Notes: a model not told the origin generated them from the letters alone. DNA of 64,000 nucleotides from an uncultured Actinomycetota bacterium (GCA_963766565.1 CAVYAQ010000003.1:582338-646337); one strand, 5' to 3'. Numbered from the stretch's first letter, positions 1 through 9,000 are shown. Numbers and translations are program-made.

Positions 1-415
1 GGCGCTCGAGCTTTGACCGGGTGGCTTCGTCGAGCTTGTCGCCGAGCCCGCCCGGCGGCTGCGGGGGCGTCCCGGCCGGGCGGAGGTCGCGGAAGAACGT
101 CTGCGACGAGAGGTTCGCGGTCTCGCGGCCGGCGGTACCGAGGACGGTCGCGTCCGAGGAGACGAGCAGCACCTGCTCGCGGGAACGGTGCTGGGCGGCA
201 AGCCGTTCGAGCATCGTGTCGGCGTCGGGCGCGAACCGCACCTCGAGCGGGCCGAGCGTGGCATCGTCGCCGGCTCCGTCGAACACGACGACGCCGCGGG
301 CGCCCTTCGTCGCGACGAAGCTCGAGAGCGTATCGACGAGCTCGCGCCGGTCGGTGAGCGGCCCGGCGTGGAGGAGGTTGTAGCCGTCGAAGAGATAGAG
401 CGTCGGCTCGGCCAT
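1..415 (-). CDS. NYN/YacP-like predicted RNase domain protein; C-terminal end runs off the window
   Basis: The minus-strand frame is open from ATG (415-413) to base 1. The translation MAEPTLYLFDGYNLLHAG...GVVVFDGAGD...QVLLVSSDATV fits the YacP/NYN pattern. An ATGA overlap joins it to the stop of the upstream methyltransferase gene, as in cysS-rlmB-yacP operons. It is not in the ORF track because no stop lies in the window. Confidence 0.6.
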   Translation of the reverse strand, partial: MAEPTLYLFDGYNLLHAGPLTDRRELVDTLSSFVATKGARGVVVFDGAGDDATLGPLEVRFAPDADTMLERLAAQHRSREQVLLVSSDATVLGTAGRETANLSSQTFFRDLRPAGTPPQPPGGLGDKLDEATRSKLER

Positions 416-1122
416 CAGCCGCCTGCGCCGCGCTGCCGCCGCGCCTCGTAGAGAAGAACGGCCGCCGCCACGCTGACGTTCAGCGACTCGACCACTCCTG
501 CGGACGGGATCGAGACGAGCGCGTCGCAGCTACGGCGGACGAGCGGGCGCAGCCCCTTCCCTTCCGCCCCGAACACGAGCGCGACCCCACCCGTGAGATC
601 GGTGCTCCACATCGAGACCTCGGCCTCGCCTGCGGCGCCGTACACCCAGAGCGACGGGCCCTTTACCTGCTCGAGATAGCGCGCGAGGTTCGTGACGACC
701 GCGATCGGCAGGTGCTCGATCGCGCCGGCCGAGGAGCGTGCGACTGCCGGAGTGACGACGGCCGAACCGTGCGCCGGGACGACCACCCCGGTCGCGCCGG
801 CTCCCTCGGCGCTCCTGCAGACCGCGCCCAGATTCCTGGGGTCGGTGATCCGGTCGAGCACGACGAGCAACGGCCGGTCGATACGGGCGAGCTCCCACGC
901 GTCCGCGTACTGGAAGGGCTCCACGCGCGCGACGACCCCCTGGTGGTCGCGCGTATCCGCAAGCTCGCTGAGCTCGCGATCGGGCCTGAGCCTGGGCGTG
1001 ACCTCCGCGAGCCACGGCTCCGCGGCGACCGCGCGCTCGGTCGCGAGCACCTCGAGCACCTCACGCCGCCCACGCAGCGCTTCGCGAACCGCGCGGCGCC
1101 CGTATACGAGGTCGCCGCTCAC
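415..1122 (-). CDS. rlmB: SpoU/TrmH-family rRNA 2'-O-methyltransferase (RlmB-like)
   Basis: The 251-aa ORF has a SpoU C-terminal knot region (LVFGAEGKGLR...IPSAGVVESLNVSVAAAVLLYE). The likely start is GTG at 1122, which forms a GTGA overlap with the cysS stop. Confidence 0.85.
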   Translation of the reverse strand: MSGDLVYGRRAVREALRGRREVLEVLATERAVAAEPWLAEVTPRLRPDRELSELADTRDHQGVVARVEPFQYADAWELARIDRPLLVVLDRITDPRNLGAVCRSAEGAGATGVVVPAHGSAVVTPAVARSSAGAIEHLPIAVVTNLARYLEQVKGPSLWVYGAAGEAEVSMWSTDLTGGVALVFGAEGKGLRPLVRRSCDALVSIPSAGVVESLNVSVAAAVLLYEARRQRGAGG

Positions 1123-2390
1123 GACCGTGGAACGAGGGCGTACCCCCCGGACTCGTCCCGCAGCTCCCAACCTGCCGTCTCGATCTCGGCTCGCAGCTCG
1201 TCCGCGGTCGCAAAGTCACGTGCGGCGCGGGCGGCGACACGCCGCTCGGCGAGAGCGACGACCTCGGGCGGCGCCGTTCGAAGCTCGCCGAGCGACCCGA
1301 GCCCAAACACCTCGAGCGCCCGCCGAAGCAATCTGTGGTCACGCCACTCGTGCATGACCGCGAGAGCCGCGGGCGTGTTGAAGTCGTCCTCGAGCGCTGC
1401 GGCGAAGCGCTCCCAGGCACCGGAAGCCGCCGGCGCCGAGGCGCTTCGAAAGATCTCTCGAAACCTCTCGGCCTGCGCGGCCGCCTGGGCCATCGTCCCG
1501 TCGGAGAAGTCGATCGGCTTGCGCCAGTGGCCGCCGAGGAAGAACACGAGCACCGTCTCACGCCCCCACCTCCCGAGCACCTCCTGGATGGTCGCGATCT
1601 TCCCTCCCGACTTCGACATCTTGTCGCCGGTCGACTGGAGCAGCCCGTTGTGTGCCCAGATCTCGGCGAACGGATGCCCGAGCGCACGCGACTGCGCAAC
1701 CTCGTTCTCGTGATGAGGGAAGACGAGATCGAGCCCTCCACCATGGATCTCGAATGCCGGTCCCAGCAGCGCCTCCGCCATTGCCGAGCACTCGATGTGC
1801 CAGCCCGGCCGTCCCTCGCCCCACGGTGAAGGCCAGTGCGTGTCCTCGCCCGGCTTGTTCGCCTTCCAGAGGGCGAAGTCGCGCGGGTCCTCCTTGCGCG
1901 CGTTCGGCTCCTGCTCCTCGACCTGATCGGGGCGCTGCCCCGAAAGCCGGCCGTACTCGGGGAAGCTCCCAACGCGGAAGTAGACGTCGCCCGCGACCGC
2001 GTAGGCGAATCCGCGCTCGACGAGCTGCCCGATGAAGGACACGATCTGCGGGACGTAGTCGGTCACCTTCGGGAGCTCGTCCGGCATTCCGAGGCCGAAG
2101 CCGCCGGTGTCCTCGAGGTACCACCCGGTCGCCTGCTCGGCAAGCGCGGCGCTCGCGCCCGGCGCGGCCTCGTAGATCTTGTCGTTCACGTCGGTGATGT
2201 TGTGGACGAAGTCGACCTCGTAGCCGGTGGCGCGGAGCCAGGAGCGCAGCCACATCCCGATCACGAAAGGACGCGCATTGCCGATGTGGGCGCGCGCGTA
2301 GACCGTCGGGCCGCAGAAGTACATCCGCACCGGGCCGGGCGGCGGCGGGAGCTCGACGAGCGATCTCGAGTAGGTGTCAGAGAGCCGCAT
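1119..2390 (-). CDS. cysS: cysteine--tRNA ligase
   Basis: Class I motifs are present: CGPTVYARAHIGNARP (HIGH) and KMSKSGG (KMSKS). The full 423-aa translation is typical CysRS. Confidence 0.95.
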   Translation of the reverse strand: MRLSDTYSRSLVELPPPPGPVRMYFCGPTVYARAHIGNARPFVIGMWLRSWLRATGYEVDFVHNITDVNDKIYEAAPGASAALAEQATGWYLEDTGGFGLGMPDELPKVTDYVPQIVSFIGQLVERGFAYAVAGDVYFRVGSFPEYGRLSGQRPDQVEEQEPNARKEDPRDFALWKANKPGEDTHWPSPWGEGRPGWHIECSAMAEALLGPAFEIHGGGLDLVFPHHENEVAQSRALGHPFAEIWAHNGLLQSTGDKMSKSGGKIATIQEVLGRWGRETVLVFFLGGHWRKPIDFSDGTMAQAAAQAERFREIFRSASAPAASGAWERFAAALEDDFNTPAALAVMHEWRDHRLLRRALEVFGLGSLGELRTAPPEVVALAERRVAARAARDFATADELRAEIETAGWELRDESGGYALVPRS

Positions 2391-3372
2391 CGATCCGCCT
2401 CAGTGTCTCTTCTCGCGAGAGGGCCGCGAGCACCGACCAGAGCTCGGGCCCGCTGTCTCGGCCGGTCAGGGCCCGTCGCACGGCGCGGAGGTGCCCGCCG
2501 ACCGACTTCAGCTCGCGAACGATCGCCTTCGCCCCGTCCTTGTCGAGGCTCTCCACCGACGCCGCGCGGAGCTCACGGAAGCGCTCGAGTGTCTCGCGCT
2601 CCTCGGGAAGCTCGACCGACGGCGGCTCGAGGATCGTCAGCGCGAGCTCCCGGGCCTCGTTCAGGTCGTGCGCCCCCGCAGAGCCGGGACGACCTCGACC
2701 GGGAACGGCGAGCCGGGCGGCCAGGTCTTCTTCCGGTAGCTCGTCGATGACCTCGACCGCCAACGACCGGATCCGCGCCAGGTCCAGGTGGACGTCGTGC
2801 TTCGGGATCCCGAGCTCCTCGAGGTAGGCGCGTACCGCCTCGGGCGGGATCCCCTCGGCGCGGAGCGACGCGACCGATGCGCCCTGGGCGCGCTTCGAGA
2901 GCTTCTTTCCGTCCGGGCCGAGCACGAGCCCAAAGTGGATGTACTCGGGGGGCTCGGCGCCGAGCGCGACGGCGAGGTCGCGCTGAAAGCCCTCGTTGGG
3001 CCGGTGGTCATTGCCGCGGATCACGTGCGTGATCCCGAAGTCGGCATCGTCGACGACGCTCGCCAGGTGATAGGTCGCGGTGCCGTCGTCGCGAAGCAGG
3101 GTCACGCCCTGGAACCGCTGGGGCAAACCGGCGGCGGCCTCGCGGTACCGATCGAGCCGCTCGCTCTGGCGGACAGGCCCTTCATCCCAGTCGATCCCGA
3201 GCCAGCGGAGGTCGTCGAGAATCGCCGCCTCGCCGCCGGGCAGGTTCCGAGCCGGGTCGGTGTCGTCGATGCGCAGCAGCATCGTTCCGCCGAAATTGCG
3301 GTTTGCGACCGCGCCGAGAGCGTTGCCGATGTGGAGCGAGCCTGTGGGACTGGGAGCGAAGCGGACCTTCAA
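2377..3372 (-). CDS. compact glutamate--tRNA ligase-family protein (GluRS/GluQRS-like paralog, 331 aa)
   Basis: It contains PSPTGSLHIGNA (HIGH), KLSKR (KMSKS) and the C-terminal GluRS-like motif RRALTGRDSGPELWSVLAAL. It is about 140 aa shorter than canonical GltX and has no Cys residues. Its stop overlaps the cysS start by 14 nt. Confidence 0.7.
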   Translation of the reverse strand: MKVRFAPSPTGSLHIGNALGAVANRNFGGTMLLRIDDTDPARNLPGGEAAILDDLRWLGIDWDEGPVRQSERLDRYREAAAGLPQRFQGVTLLRDDGTATYHLASVVDDADFGITHVIRGNDHRPNEGFQRDLAVALGAEPPEYIHFGLVLGPDGKKLSKRAQGASVASLRAEGIPPEAVRAYLEELGIPKHDVHLDLARIRSLAVEVIDELPEEDLAARLAVPGRGRPGSAGAHDLNEARELALTILEPPSVELPEERETLERFRELRAASVESLDKDGAKAIVRELKSVGGHLRAVRRALTGRDSGPELWSVLAALSREETLRRIDAAL

Positions 3373-3549
3373 GGTTTTCCTAGCCTAGGCCAAGGCCCCA
3401 TCGCGATCGATACTGCGATGCCCCCGGCTCCTCCAGCGTCGCTCTCTACCGTGAAGCGGGCGCCAGCCGTACTGGCCAGGGCTCCTCGAGTCGGCCCTCG
3501 CAATCGGGCGTCTGCCTTAGCTGGTCTCTCGCCCCGGTAAGCCTCTCGG

Positions 3550-3597
3550 GCCGTGGCGCAAGCGGACAATGTCCGGGGACTGTCCCAAGACACGTCC
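3550..3597 (-). repeat. REP-like intergenic repeat, copy A
   Basis: The reverse complement reads GGACGTGTCTTGGGACAGTCCCCGGACATTGTCCGCTTGCGCCACGGC, aligning with the 40.7-kb units (core GGGAC-N-GTCCCCGG ... GCCACGGC). Confidence 0.55.
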
Positions 3598-3605
3598 GGA
3601 ACGTC

Positions 3606-4349
3606 GTGCCGGACGGAGAGCCGTCTAGAGTGGCGGGTGTGCGCGAGAGGCTGCTCCGCTGGTATTCGGGCAACGGGAGGGAGCTGCCATGGCGGCACAC
3701 GCGAGATCCGTACGCGATCCTCGTCTCGGAGGTGATGCTGCAGCAGACGCAGGTCGAGCGCGTGATCCCTCGGTGGGTACGCTGGCTCGAGCGCTGGCCC
3801 ACGGTCTACGCACTAGCCGCGGCGGCGCCGTCGGAGGCGATCCTCGAGTGGCAGGGGCTCGGCTACAACCGCCGGGCGGTGAGTCTCCATCGAGCGGCGC
3901 GGATCGTGGCGGAGCACGGCTGGCCGGACGACCTGACGGAGCTGCCGGGCATCGGCCCCTACACCGCAGTCGCCGTCGGGAACTTCGCGTTCGGGCGCGA
4001 CGTGCTTCCGGTCGACACGAACGTCCGGCGCGTGCAGGAGCGGACGGGCGAGAGCTTCGACGGGGAATGCGCACAGGCGCTCTTCGACCTCGGCGCGACG
4101 GTGTGCCTCGCGCGCATCCCCCGCTGCGGGATGTGCCCGCTTGCCGTGACCTGCCCGTCACGAGGCCGCCGCTACGAGCCGCTCAGGAAGCAGTCGCCCT
4201 TCGAGGGGTCGTTTCGCCAGCGTCGAGCGAAGGCACTGCGCGCGATCGCCGCCGGGGGCACGGCCGCCGACGACGATGCGGTCGTTTCGCTCGCCCGAGA
4301 CGGGCTCGTGACGATCGGCGCCGACGGCGCCCCGGCCCTTCCGCAGTGA
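3606..4349 (+). CDS. HhH-GPD / 4Fe-4S DNA glycosylase, MutY/Mig family (no NUDIX-like C-terminal domain)
   Basis: It contains LPWRHTRDPYAILVSEVMLQQTQV and LPGIGPYTA (HhH). VDTNVRRV carries the catalytic Asp. The Cys-X6-Cys-X2-Cys-X5-Cys cluster is CLARIPRCGMCPLAVTC. Confidence 0.8.
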   Translation: MPDGEPSRVAGVRERLLRWYSGNGRELPWRHTRDPYAILVSEVMLQQTQVERVIPRWVRWLERWPTVYALAAAAPSEAILEWQGLGYNRRAVSLHRAARIVAEHGWPDDLTELPGIGPYTAVAVGNFAFGRDVLPVDTNVRRVQERTGESFDGECAQALFDLGATVCLARIPRCGMCPLAVTCPSRGRRYEPLRKQSPFEGSFRQRRAKALRAIAAGGTAADDDAVVSLARDGLVTIGADGAPALPQ

Positions 4350-4393
4350 GCGTGGCGGCCGGCCGCGAGGTCGCCGCCACGCGCCATTCGCGG

Positions 4394-4882
4394 TCAGCCG
4401 CCCTTTCCAACCCTCAGGATCGGAGCGTTCAGCACGATGCCGGCGTTCGTCATCGTGAGCTTCCCGGCCTTGGCGAGGGCGTTGATCTGGTCGTCCTGCC
4501 CGAGTACGACCGGCTTCACACCCGGTTTCCAGGTCACCCACACCTCCGCCCAGAGCGGGTTGTAGTTGGTCTCCCCGGGCTCCGAGCCGAACACCGTGAG
4601 CTGGCCGGCCGCGGCACGGCCCTTCACGAAGTACTGGAGCGGAAGCCCCTTGCTGCTCTTCAGTTCCGCCGAGTAGTTGACATGCATGGCGGCTGCCTGC
4701 GCCTTGTTCGACACGTCCGTGATCAGGTACGTGTCGATGTGATGGTCGTAATACCCTTTGTAGACGGGCTGTGCCGCCATCGTGGGCTTGCCGATGTTTG
4801 GCAATCCCCCTGCGGCCGAAGCGATCGCGGCGGCCGCGACGGCGGCAACGCAGCTGAAAGCAACGAGAATCGATATGCGCAA
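4394..4882 (-). CDS. secreted hypothetical protein
   Basis: The start is TTG at 4882, preceded by a GAGGAGGGG Shine-Dalgarno sequence. The signal peptide is MRISILVAFSCVAAVAAAAIASAAG. The mature part has normal composition. The longer 215-aa ORF start is rejected. Confidence 0.55.
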   Translation of the reverse strand: MRISILVAFSCVAAVAAAAIASAAGGLPNIGKPTMAAQPVYKGYYDHHIDTYLITDVSNKAQAAAMHVNYSAELKSSKGLPLQYFVKGRAAAGQLTVFGSEPGETNYNPLWAEVWVTWKPGVKPVVLGQDDQINALAKAGKLTMTNAGIVLNAPILRVGKGG

Positions 4883-4949
4883 GTCCCCTCCTCGATTGTG
4901 GTTCGAGGTGACTACGCAGCAGGCAGGGTTTCGGTTCTCGGGACCGCGC

Positions 4950-5663
4950 CTACACGCGATGGCGCACCCAGACGTTCGGCTCGGCGTGTCGGCCCCGGCC
5001 GGCGCGCACGACGAGCGGAGCGAGCATTCCCGGAACGACATACTCGCCGTCCTCGGGGAAGGCCATCCCGGTCCACGCCTCCCAGTCGGCGACCGTCTCG
5101 TCCATCACGAGCGACTCGGGCGCCGGCGCCAGGATCTCACCTCCGGCACGCTCGTGGAGCCGGAGCCAGGGATCGAAGTGCGCACCGTCCGGCCGGCGCC
5201 AGGTCAGGTACCGCTCGATCGGAATCAACGGGTAGCGATCCTTCAAGGTCGGGCGCACCGGAGCGAGCACAGCGCCGAGGCCGGCCCTCCGCGCGGCGTC
5301 GCGGGAAGCATCGAGCATCCGGCCCCCGAGGCCCTCGCCCTGCCGGCCCGGAGCGACGCTGATCACGAGCATCGAGAGCGCCGTCGGCTCGAGGCCGCTG
5401 TCGAAGCCGAGCGGCAACGACGCATCCCAGCCTGTCGGAAGCCCGCTGACGGTTCCGTCCCAGTGGATCGCGAGCGCGTGAGCCTCGGCGACCACCTCCG
5501 GGCCGTCGAGTAGGGCCTGCTGGAACGCCGGAAACTCGCTGTACAACCGGCTCCAGTACCGGGGCCCCATCTCGTTGTGGTTGATGAACTCCGGGAAGAC
5601 CTGCGACGGAAGGCTGCGTGTAGCGACGAGATCGGGACGGTCGGCGTAACGGACGAGCTTCAT
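4950..5663 (-). CDS. GNAT-family N-acetyltransferase
   Basis: The acetyl-CoA motif is VAPGRQGEGLGGRMLDASRDAARRAG. A 4-nt overlap with the ispF stop suggests co-transcription. Confidence 0.65.
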   Translation of the reverse strand: MKLVRYADRPDLVATRSLPSQVFPEFINHNEMGPRYWSRLYSEFPAFQQALLDGPEVVAEAHALAIHWDGTVSGLPTGWDASLPLGFDSGLEPTALSMLVISVAPGRQGEGLGGRMLDASRDAARRAGLGAVLAPVRPTLKDRYPLIPIERYLTWRRPDGAHFDPWLRLHERAGGEILAPAPESLVMDETVADWEAWTGMAFPEDGEYVVPGMLAPLVVRAGRGRHAEPNVWVRHRV

Positions 5664-6136
5664 CGCCGTTCGAGCAGCGCCACCGCGTGTGCCGCGAGGC
5701 CCTCACGTCGGCCCGCGAACCCGAGGTGATCCGTCGTGGTGGCCCGGACGTTCACCTCGCCCTCGCCGACGGCCTCCTCCAGCCGTCTCCGCATCTCAGC
5801 GCGATACGAAGAGATCCGAGGCTCCTCGCCGACGAGCACGCAGTCGGCGTTGACGAGCCTCCAGCCGGCCGTCTTCACCTGACCGTACGCCTCCGACAGC
5901 AGCGTAAGCGACGAGATCCCGCGAAAGCGCTCTTCGCCCGAGGGGAACAGCCCCCCGATGTCGCCGAGACCGGCCGCGCCGAGCAGCGCGTCGATCAGCG
6001 CGTGCGCGATCACGTCGCCGTCCGAGTGCCCGGCAAGGCCCCGCGGGTGGTCGACCTCGACCCCGCCGAGCACAAGCGCCACGTTGTCGGCCAGCGCGTG
6101 CGCGTCGTACCCCATCCCGATCCGGACATCCGCCAC
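5660..6136 (-). CDS. ispF: 2-C-methyl-D-erythritol 2,4-cyclodiphosphate synthase
   Basis: IGMGYDAHAL...GHSDGDVIAHALIDALLGAAGLGDIG is typical IspF. Confidence 0.95.
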   Translation of the reverse strand: MADVRIGMGYDAHALADNVALVLGGVEVDHPRGLAGHSDGDVIAHALIDALLGAAGLGDIGGLFPSGEERFRGISSLTLLSEAYGQVKTAGWRLVNADCVLVGEEPRISSYRAEMRRRLEEAVGEGEVNVRATTTDHLGFAGRREGLAAHAVALLERR

Positions 6137-6145
6137 GGCCGGAGG

Positions 6146-6817
6146 CTACTCCCGTCGCGGCATCAGCCAGGCTTCGACGCGCCGGAGGTCGTCGCGGGTC
6201 GTGACCTTCAGCAGCCGTTCGTCGCCCGGAACCACCTTCACGCGTCCGCCGGCCGCCTCGACGAGGGAAGCGCAGTCGGACCCCTCCCCGTGCGCCGCTG
6301 CCCGAAGGACGTCTGCGAGGAACGCTTGCGGGGTCTGCACGGCAACGAGCTCGTCACGCGCGGGAGTCTCCACGACGACGCCCCCGCGGACGCGCTTCAC
6401 GGTGTCCGCGACCGGCAGCCCGGGAACGGCTCCGTCGAAGCCTTCGCCGAGCGCCTCGAGCAGGCGCGGGACGAGCTCGGGCGGAAGCACCGGACGCGCC
6501 GCGTCGTGGACGAGAACGACAGCTGCGTCGGCGGGCACCTCAGCAAGCCCGGCGCGAACCGAGGCCGATCGCGTCGCTCCACCGGGGACGCACGCGAGGA
6601 CCTTCGCGGCACCGAGCTCCTCGGCTACGAGGATGGACGGCTCCTCCCAGCCGGGGGGCGCAACCACGACCACCCCGTCGATCCACTCGCTCTCGTCGAG
6701 CCGCCGCAGGGACTCCGCAAGCAGGGGAAGACCGCCGAGGCGCGCAAACGCCTTCGGCCGGTCATCCCCGAGCCGCTCTCCCCGCCCGGCGGCGACGAGC
6801 ACGGCCCAGACGCTCAT
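6146..6817 (-). CDS. ispD: 2-C-methyl-D-erythritol 4-phosphate cytidylyltransferase
   Basis: The N-terminal VLVAAGRGERLG motif is present, and the gene sits directly upstream of ispF. Confidence 0.9.
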   Translation of the reverse strand: MSVWAVLVAAGRGERLGDDRPKAFARLGGLPLLAESLRRLDESEWIDGVVVVAPPGWEEPSILVAEELGAAKVLACVPGGATRSASVRAGLAEVPADAAVVLVHDAARPVLPPELVPRLLEALGEGFDGAVPGLPVADTVKRVRGGVVVETPARDELVAVQTPQAFLADVLRAAAHGEGSDCASLVEAAGGRVKVVPGDERLLKVTTRDDLRRVEAWLMPRRE

Positions 6818-6819
6818 CG

Positions 6820-7380
6820 CTACGCGGGGGCCGGAGCCTTCGGCTTCGAAGCCGCGGTCGCGGGCCGTTGCGCCGGCGCGCGCTTGGCTGCCGGCGCGCC
6901 CTCGTCGGTGAGCACGCCCTCGAGCCAGTCGAATGCGTCGTCTTCCGAGAGGTTCTTCGCGTACATCAACTCGGACGCGAGGATCTTCTTCGCCTTCACG
7001 TACATCTGCTTCTCGCCGGTCGAAAGCCCCTTCTCGCCGTCGCGCAGCGACAGGTTCCGGACAACCTCCGCGAGCTCGAAGATGTCACCGGTCTTCATCT
7101 TGTCCCGGTTGTGCTTGAAACGCCGGTTCCAGTTCTTGGGCATCTCGGTACCGCCGCTCGTGAGGTACTTGACGACCTTCTTGACGGCCTCCTCATCGAT
7201 GACCTTCCGCAAACCGACCCGTTCGGTGTTGTCAGCCGGAACGGTGACGGTCATGTCGTTGTGGAGGATCTTGATCGTCAGGTACTCGCGGGTCTCGCCG
7301 AGAATCTCCCGCTCTTCGCTTTTCACGATGGTGCCCGCACCGTGGTGGGGGTACACCACCTTGTCGCCGACCTTGTACAA
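6820..7380 (-). CDS. carD: CarD/CdnL-family RNA polymerase-binding transcription factor
   Basis: (M)YKVGDKVVYPHHGAGTIV...REYLTIKI... is the CarD N-terminal domain. The start is TTG at 7380, after GGGAGAGGGAG. The protein has a basic Ala/Pro/Lys C-terminal tail. The 286-aa ORF-track start is rejected. Confidence 0.9.
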   Translation of the reverse strand: MYKVGDKVVYPHHGAGTIVKSEEREILGETREYLTIKILHNDMTVTVPADNTERVGLRKVIDEEAVKKVVKYLTSGGTEMPKNWNRRFKHNRDKMKTGDIFELAEVVRNLSLRDGEKGLSTGEKQMYVKAKKILASELMYAKNLSEDDAFDWLEGVLTDEGAPAAKRAPAQRPATAASKPKAPAPA

Positions 7381-7445
7381 GCGTACTCCCTCTCCCGTGT
7401 CATGAAAGCGCCGGCGGCCACTTGGGCTACCGGCGAAGAGCACCA

Positions 7446-7451
7446 ATACTA
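7446..7451 (-). promoter_or_regulatory. candidate extended -10 element (TGgTAGTAT) upstream of carD
   Basis: The minus strand reads ...TTTCTGGTAGTATTGG... inside the AT-rich radA-carD spacer, about 65 nt upstream of the carD start. No clear -35 element is visible. Confidence 0.25.
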
Positions 7452-7565
7452 CCAGAAATCCGCGTAAAAGCGCCATTTTTGCAGGGTTTTTCGAAAATCC
7501 CTGCTCATGGGTGCTTTCGGAATCAACAACGGCTTCAGACCCTGAAACTGCACCTCGGAAAGCGC

Positions 7566-8894
7566 CTATCGCTTCTGTTCGATCGCCGCCCCGAGCGCCT
7601 GGCGAAGCGAGTCGGCCGAAATCGTGGCGCCGTCCGTTCCGGCGGGCGCGAGCACACTGACAATCCCGAGCTTGCGGCACTCCTCGACCCGTCGCGACGC
7701 CTGGGTCGCAGCGCGCAGCCGTCCCGTGAGGCCGATCTCGCCGAAAGCCGCCAACCCCTCCGACACCGGTGCCCCGCGCGCCGCCGAGGCAATCGCGAGC
7801 GCGATCCCGAGATCGGCACCGGGCTCGTCGATGCGGACGCCGCCCGCCACGTTCACGAACACATCCGCGCTACCGAGCGGCAGCCCTGCGTGGCGTGCCA
7901 GGACCGCAACGATCATCGCGAGCCGTTTCGGGTCGACCCCGGTGCCAACCCTTCGAGGGATCGCGAGATCCGTCGGGGCGACGAGCGACTGGATCTCGAG
8001 CAGCAGCGGCCGCGTTCCCTCGAGTACGCAGGTGACGGCCGCCCCGACCTCACCCGGCTCGGTCCGACCGAACAACGCCGATGGATCGGGCACGCCGACG
8101 AGCCCCGTCGCCGTCATCTCGAACACCGCGATCTCGTCGGTCGAGCCGAACCGGTTCTTCGTCGCCCGCAGCACCCGATGAGCGTGGTAGCGATCGCCTT
8201 CGAACTGCAGCACGCAGTCGACGAGGTGCTCGAGCACACGTGGCCCTGCGACCGACCCGTCCTTCGTGACGTGACCGACGAGGAACACCGCAACCCCGGC
8301 CTCCTTCGCCACCCGCAGGATGCGCGACGCCGCCTCGCGTACCTGCGACACCGAGCCGGGCCCGGAACCGATCTCGGAGGCATACAGCGTCTGGACGGAG
8401 TCGATCACGCAGACGTCCGGGCGCTCGCGCTCGAGCGTGGCGCATACCGTGGCGAGCTCGGTCTCCGCCAGGATCTCCACGGCCTCGCAGCCGCCGAGCC
8501 GCAGCGCCCGCAGCTTCACCTGAGACACCGACTCCTCGCCCGTCACGAGCAGTGCCCGACGCGTGCCCGCGATCGCCCCGAGCGCCGAGAGGAGCAGCGT
8601 CGATTTGCCGACTCCGGGCTCGCCGCCCACGAGCACGAGCGAGGCCGGCACGAGACCGCCGCCGAGCACCCGATCGAGCTCTCCCACCCCGGTCGGGATC
8701 CGGTCTGCCTCCTCGGCCTCGACCTCGACGAGCCGCAGCGGCGTCCGCGCCGGGACGGAAGCGATGCCGCGGACCGGGGCAGCCTCCTCGACCATCGTCC
8801 CGAATGCCCCGCACCCCGGACAGCGCCCGAGCCAGCGCCCGGAGCTGGTGCCGCATTCGGTACAGGAGTGGTGGAGCGCTGCCGCCTTTGCCAT
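7566..8894 (-). CDS. radA: DNA repair protein RadA
   Basis: It contains MAKAAALHHSCTECG...RCPGCG (zinc finger), GGEPGVGKSTLLL (Walker A), KNRFG, and a Lon-like C-terminal domain. The start is ATG at 8894. The upstream 188 codons of the 630-aa ORF are low-complexity. Confidence 0.95.
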   Translation of the reverse strand: MAKAAALHHSCTECGTSSGRWLGRCPGCGAFGTMVEEAAPVRGIASVPARTPLRLVEVEAEEADRIPTGVGELDRVLGGGLVPASLVLVGGEPGVGKSTLLLSALGAIAGTRRALLVTGEESVSQVKLRALRLGGCEAVEILAETELATVCATLERERPDVCVIDSVQTLYASEIGSGPGSVSQVREAASRILRVAKEAGVAVFLVGHVTKDGSVAGPRVLEHLVDCVLQFEGDRYHAHRVLRATKNRFGSTDEIAVFEMTATGLVGVPDPSALFGRTEPGEVGAAVTCVLEGTRPLLLEIQSLVAPTDLAIPRRVGTGVDPKRLAMIVAVLARHAGLPLGSADVFVNVAGGVRIDEPGADLGIALAIASAARGAPVSEGLAAFGEIGLTGRLRAATQASRRVEECRKLGIVSVLAPAGTDGATISADSLRQALGAAIEQKR

Positions 8895-9000
8895 GAGGCG
8901 AACAAGTGTACGCCCCCCACCCGACGGCACCTCGCCCGAAGCCGGCGACTGCCGCCGAGAACGTCGCGGGGCCGCCGAGGCTTCGTCTAGCCTCAGCTCG

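Noticed and set aside
3689-5362. Very long ORFs (for example 3689-5362+, 5687-7405+, 7422-8990+, 13779-15425-, 19853-21667+, 24304-26826+ upstream part) that overlap or run antisense to recognisable genes.
   Set aside because: Their translations are Arg/Pro/Ala/Gly-rich low-complexity strings with no motifs. Stop codons are rare in off-frames of very GC-rich DNA. The opposite or alternative frame always holds a textbook gene.
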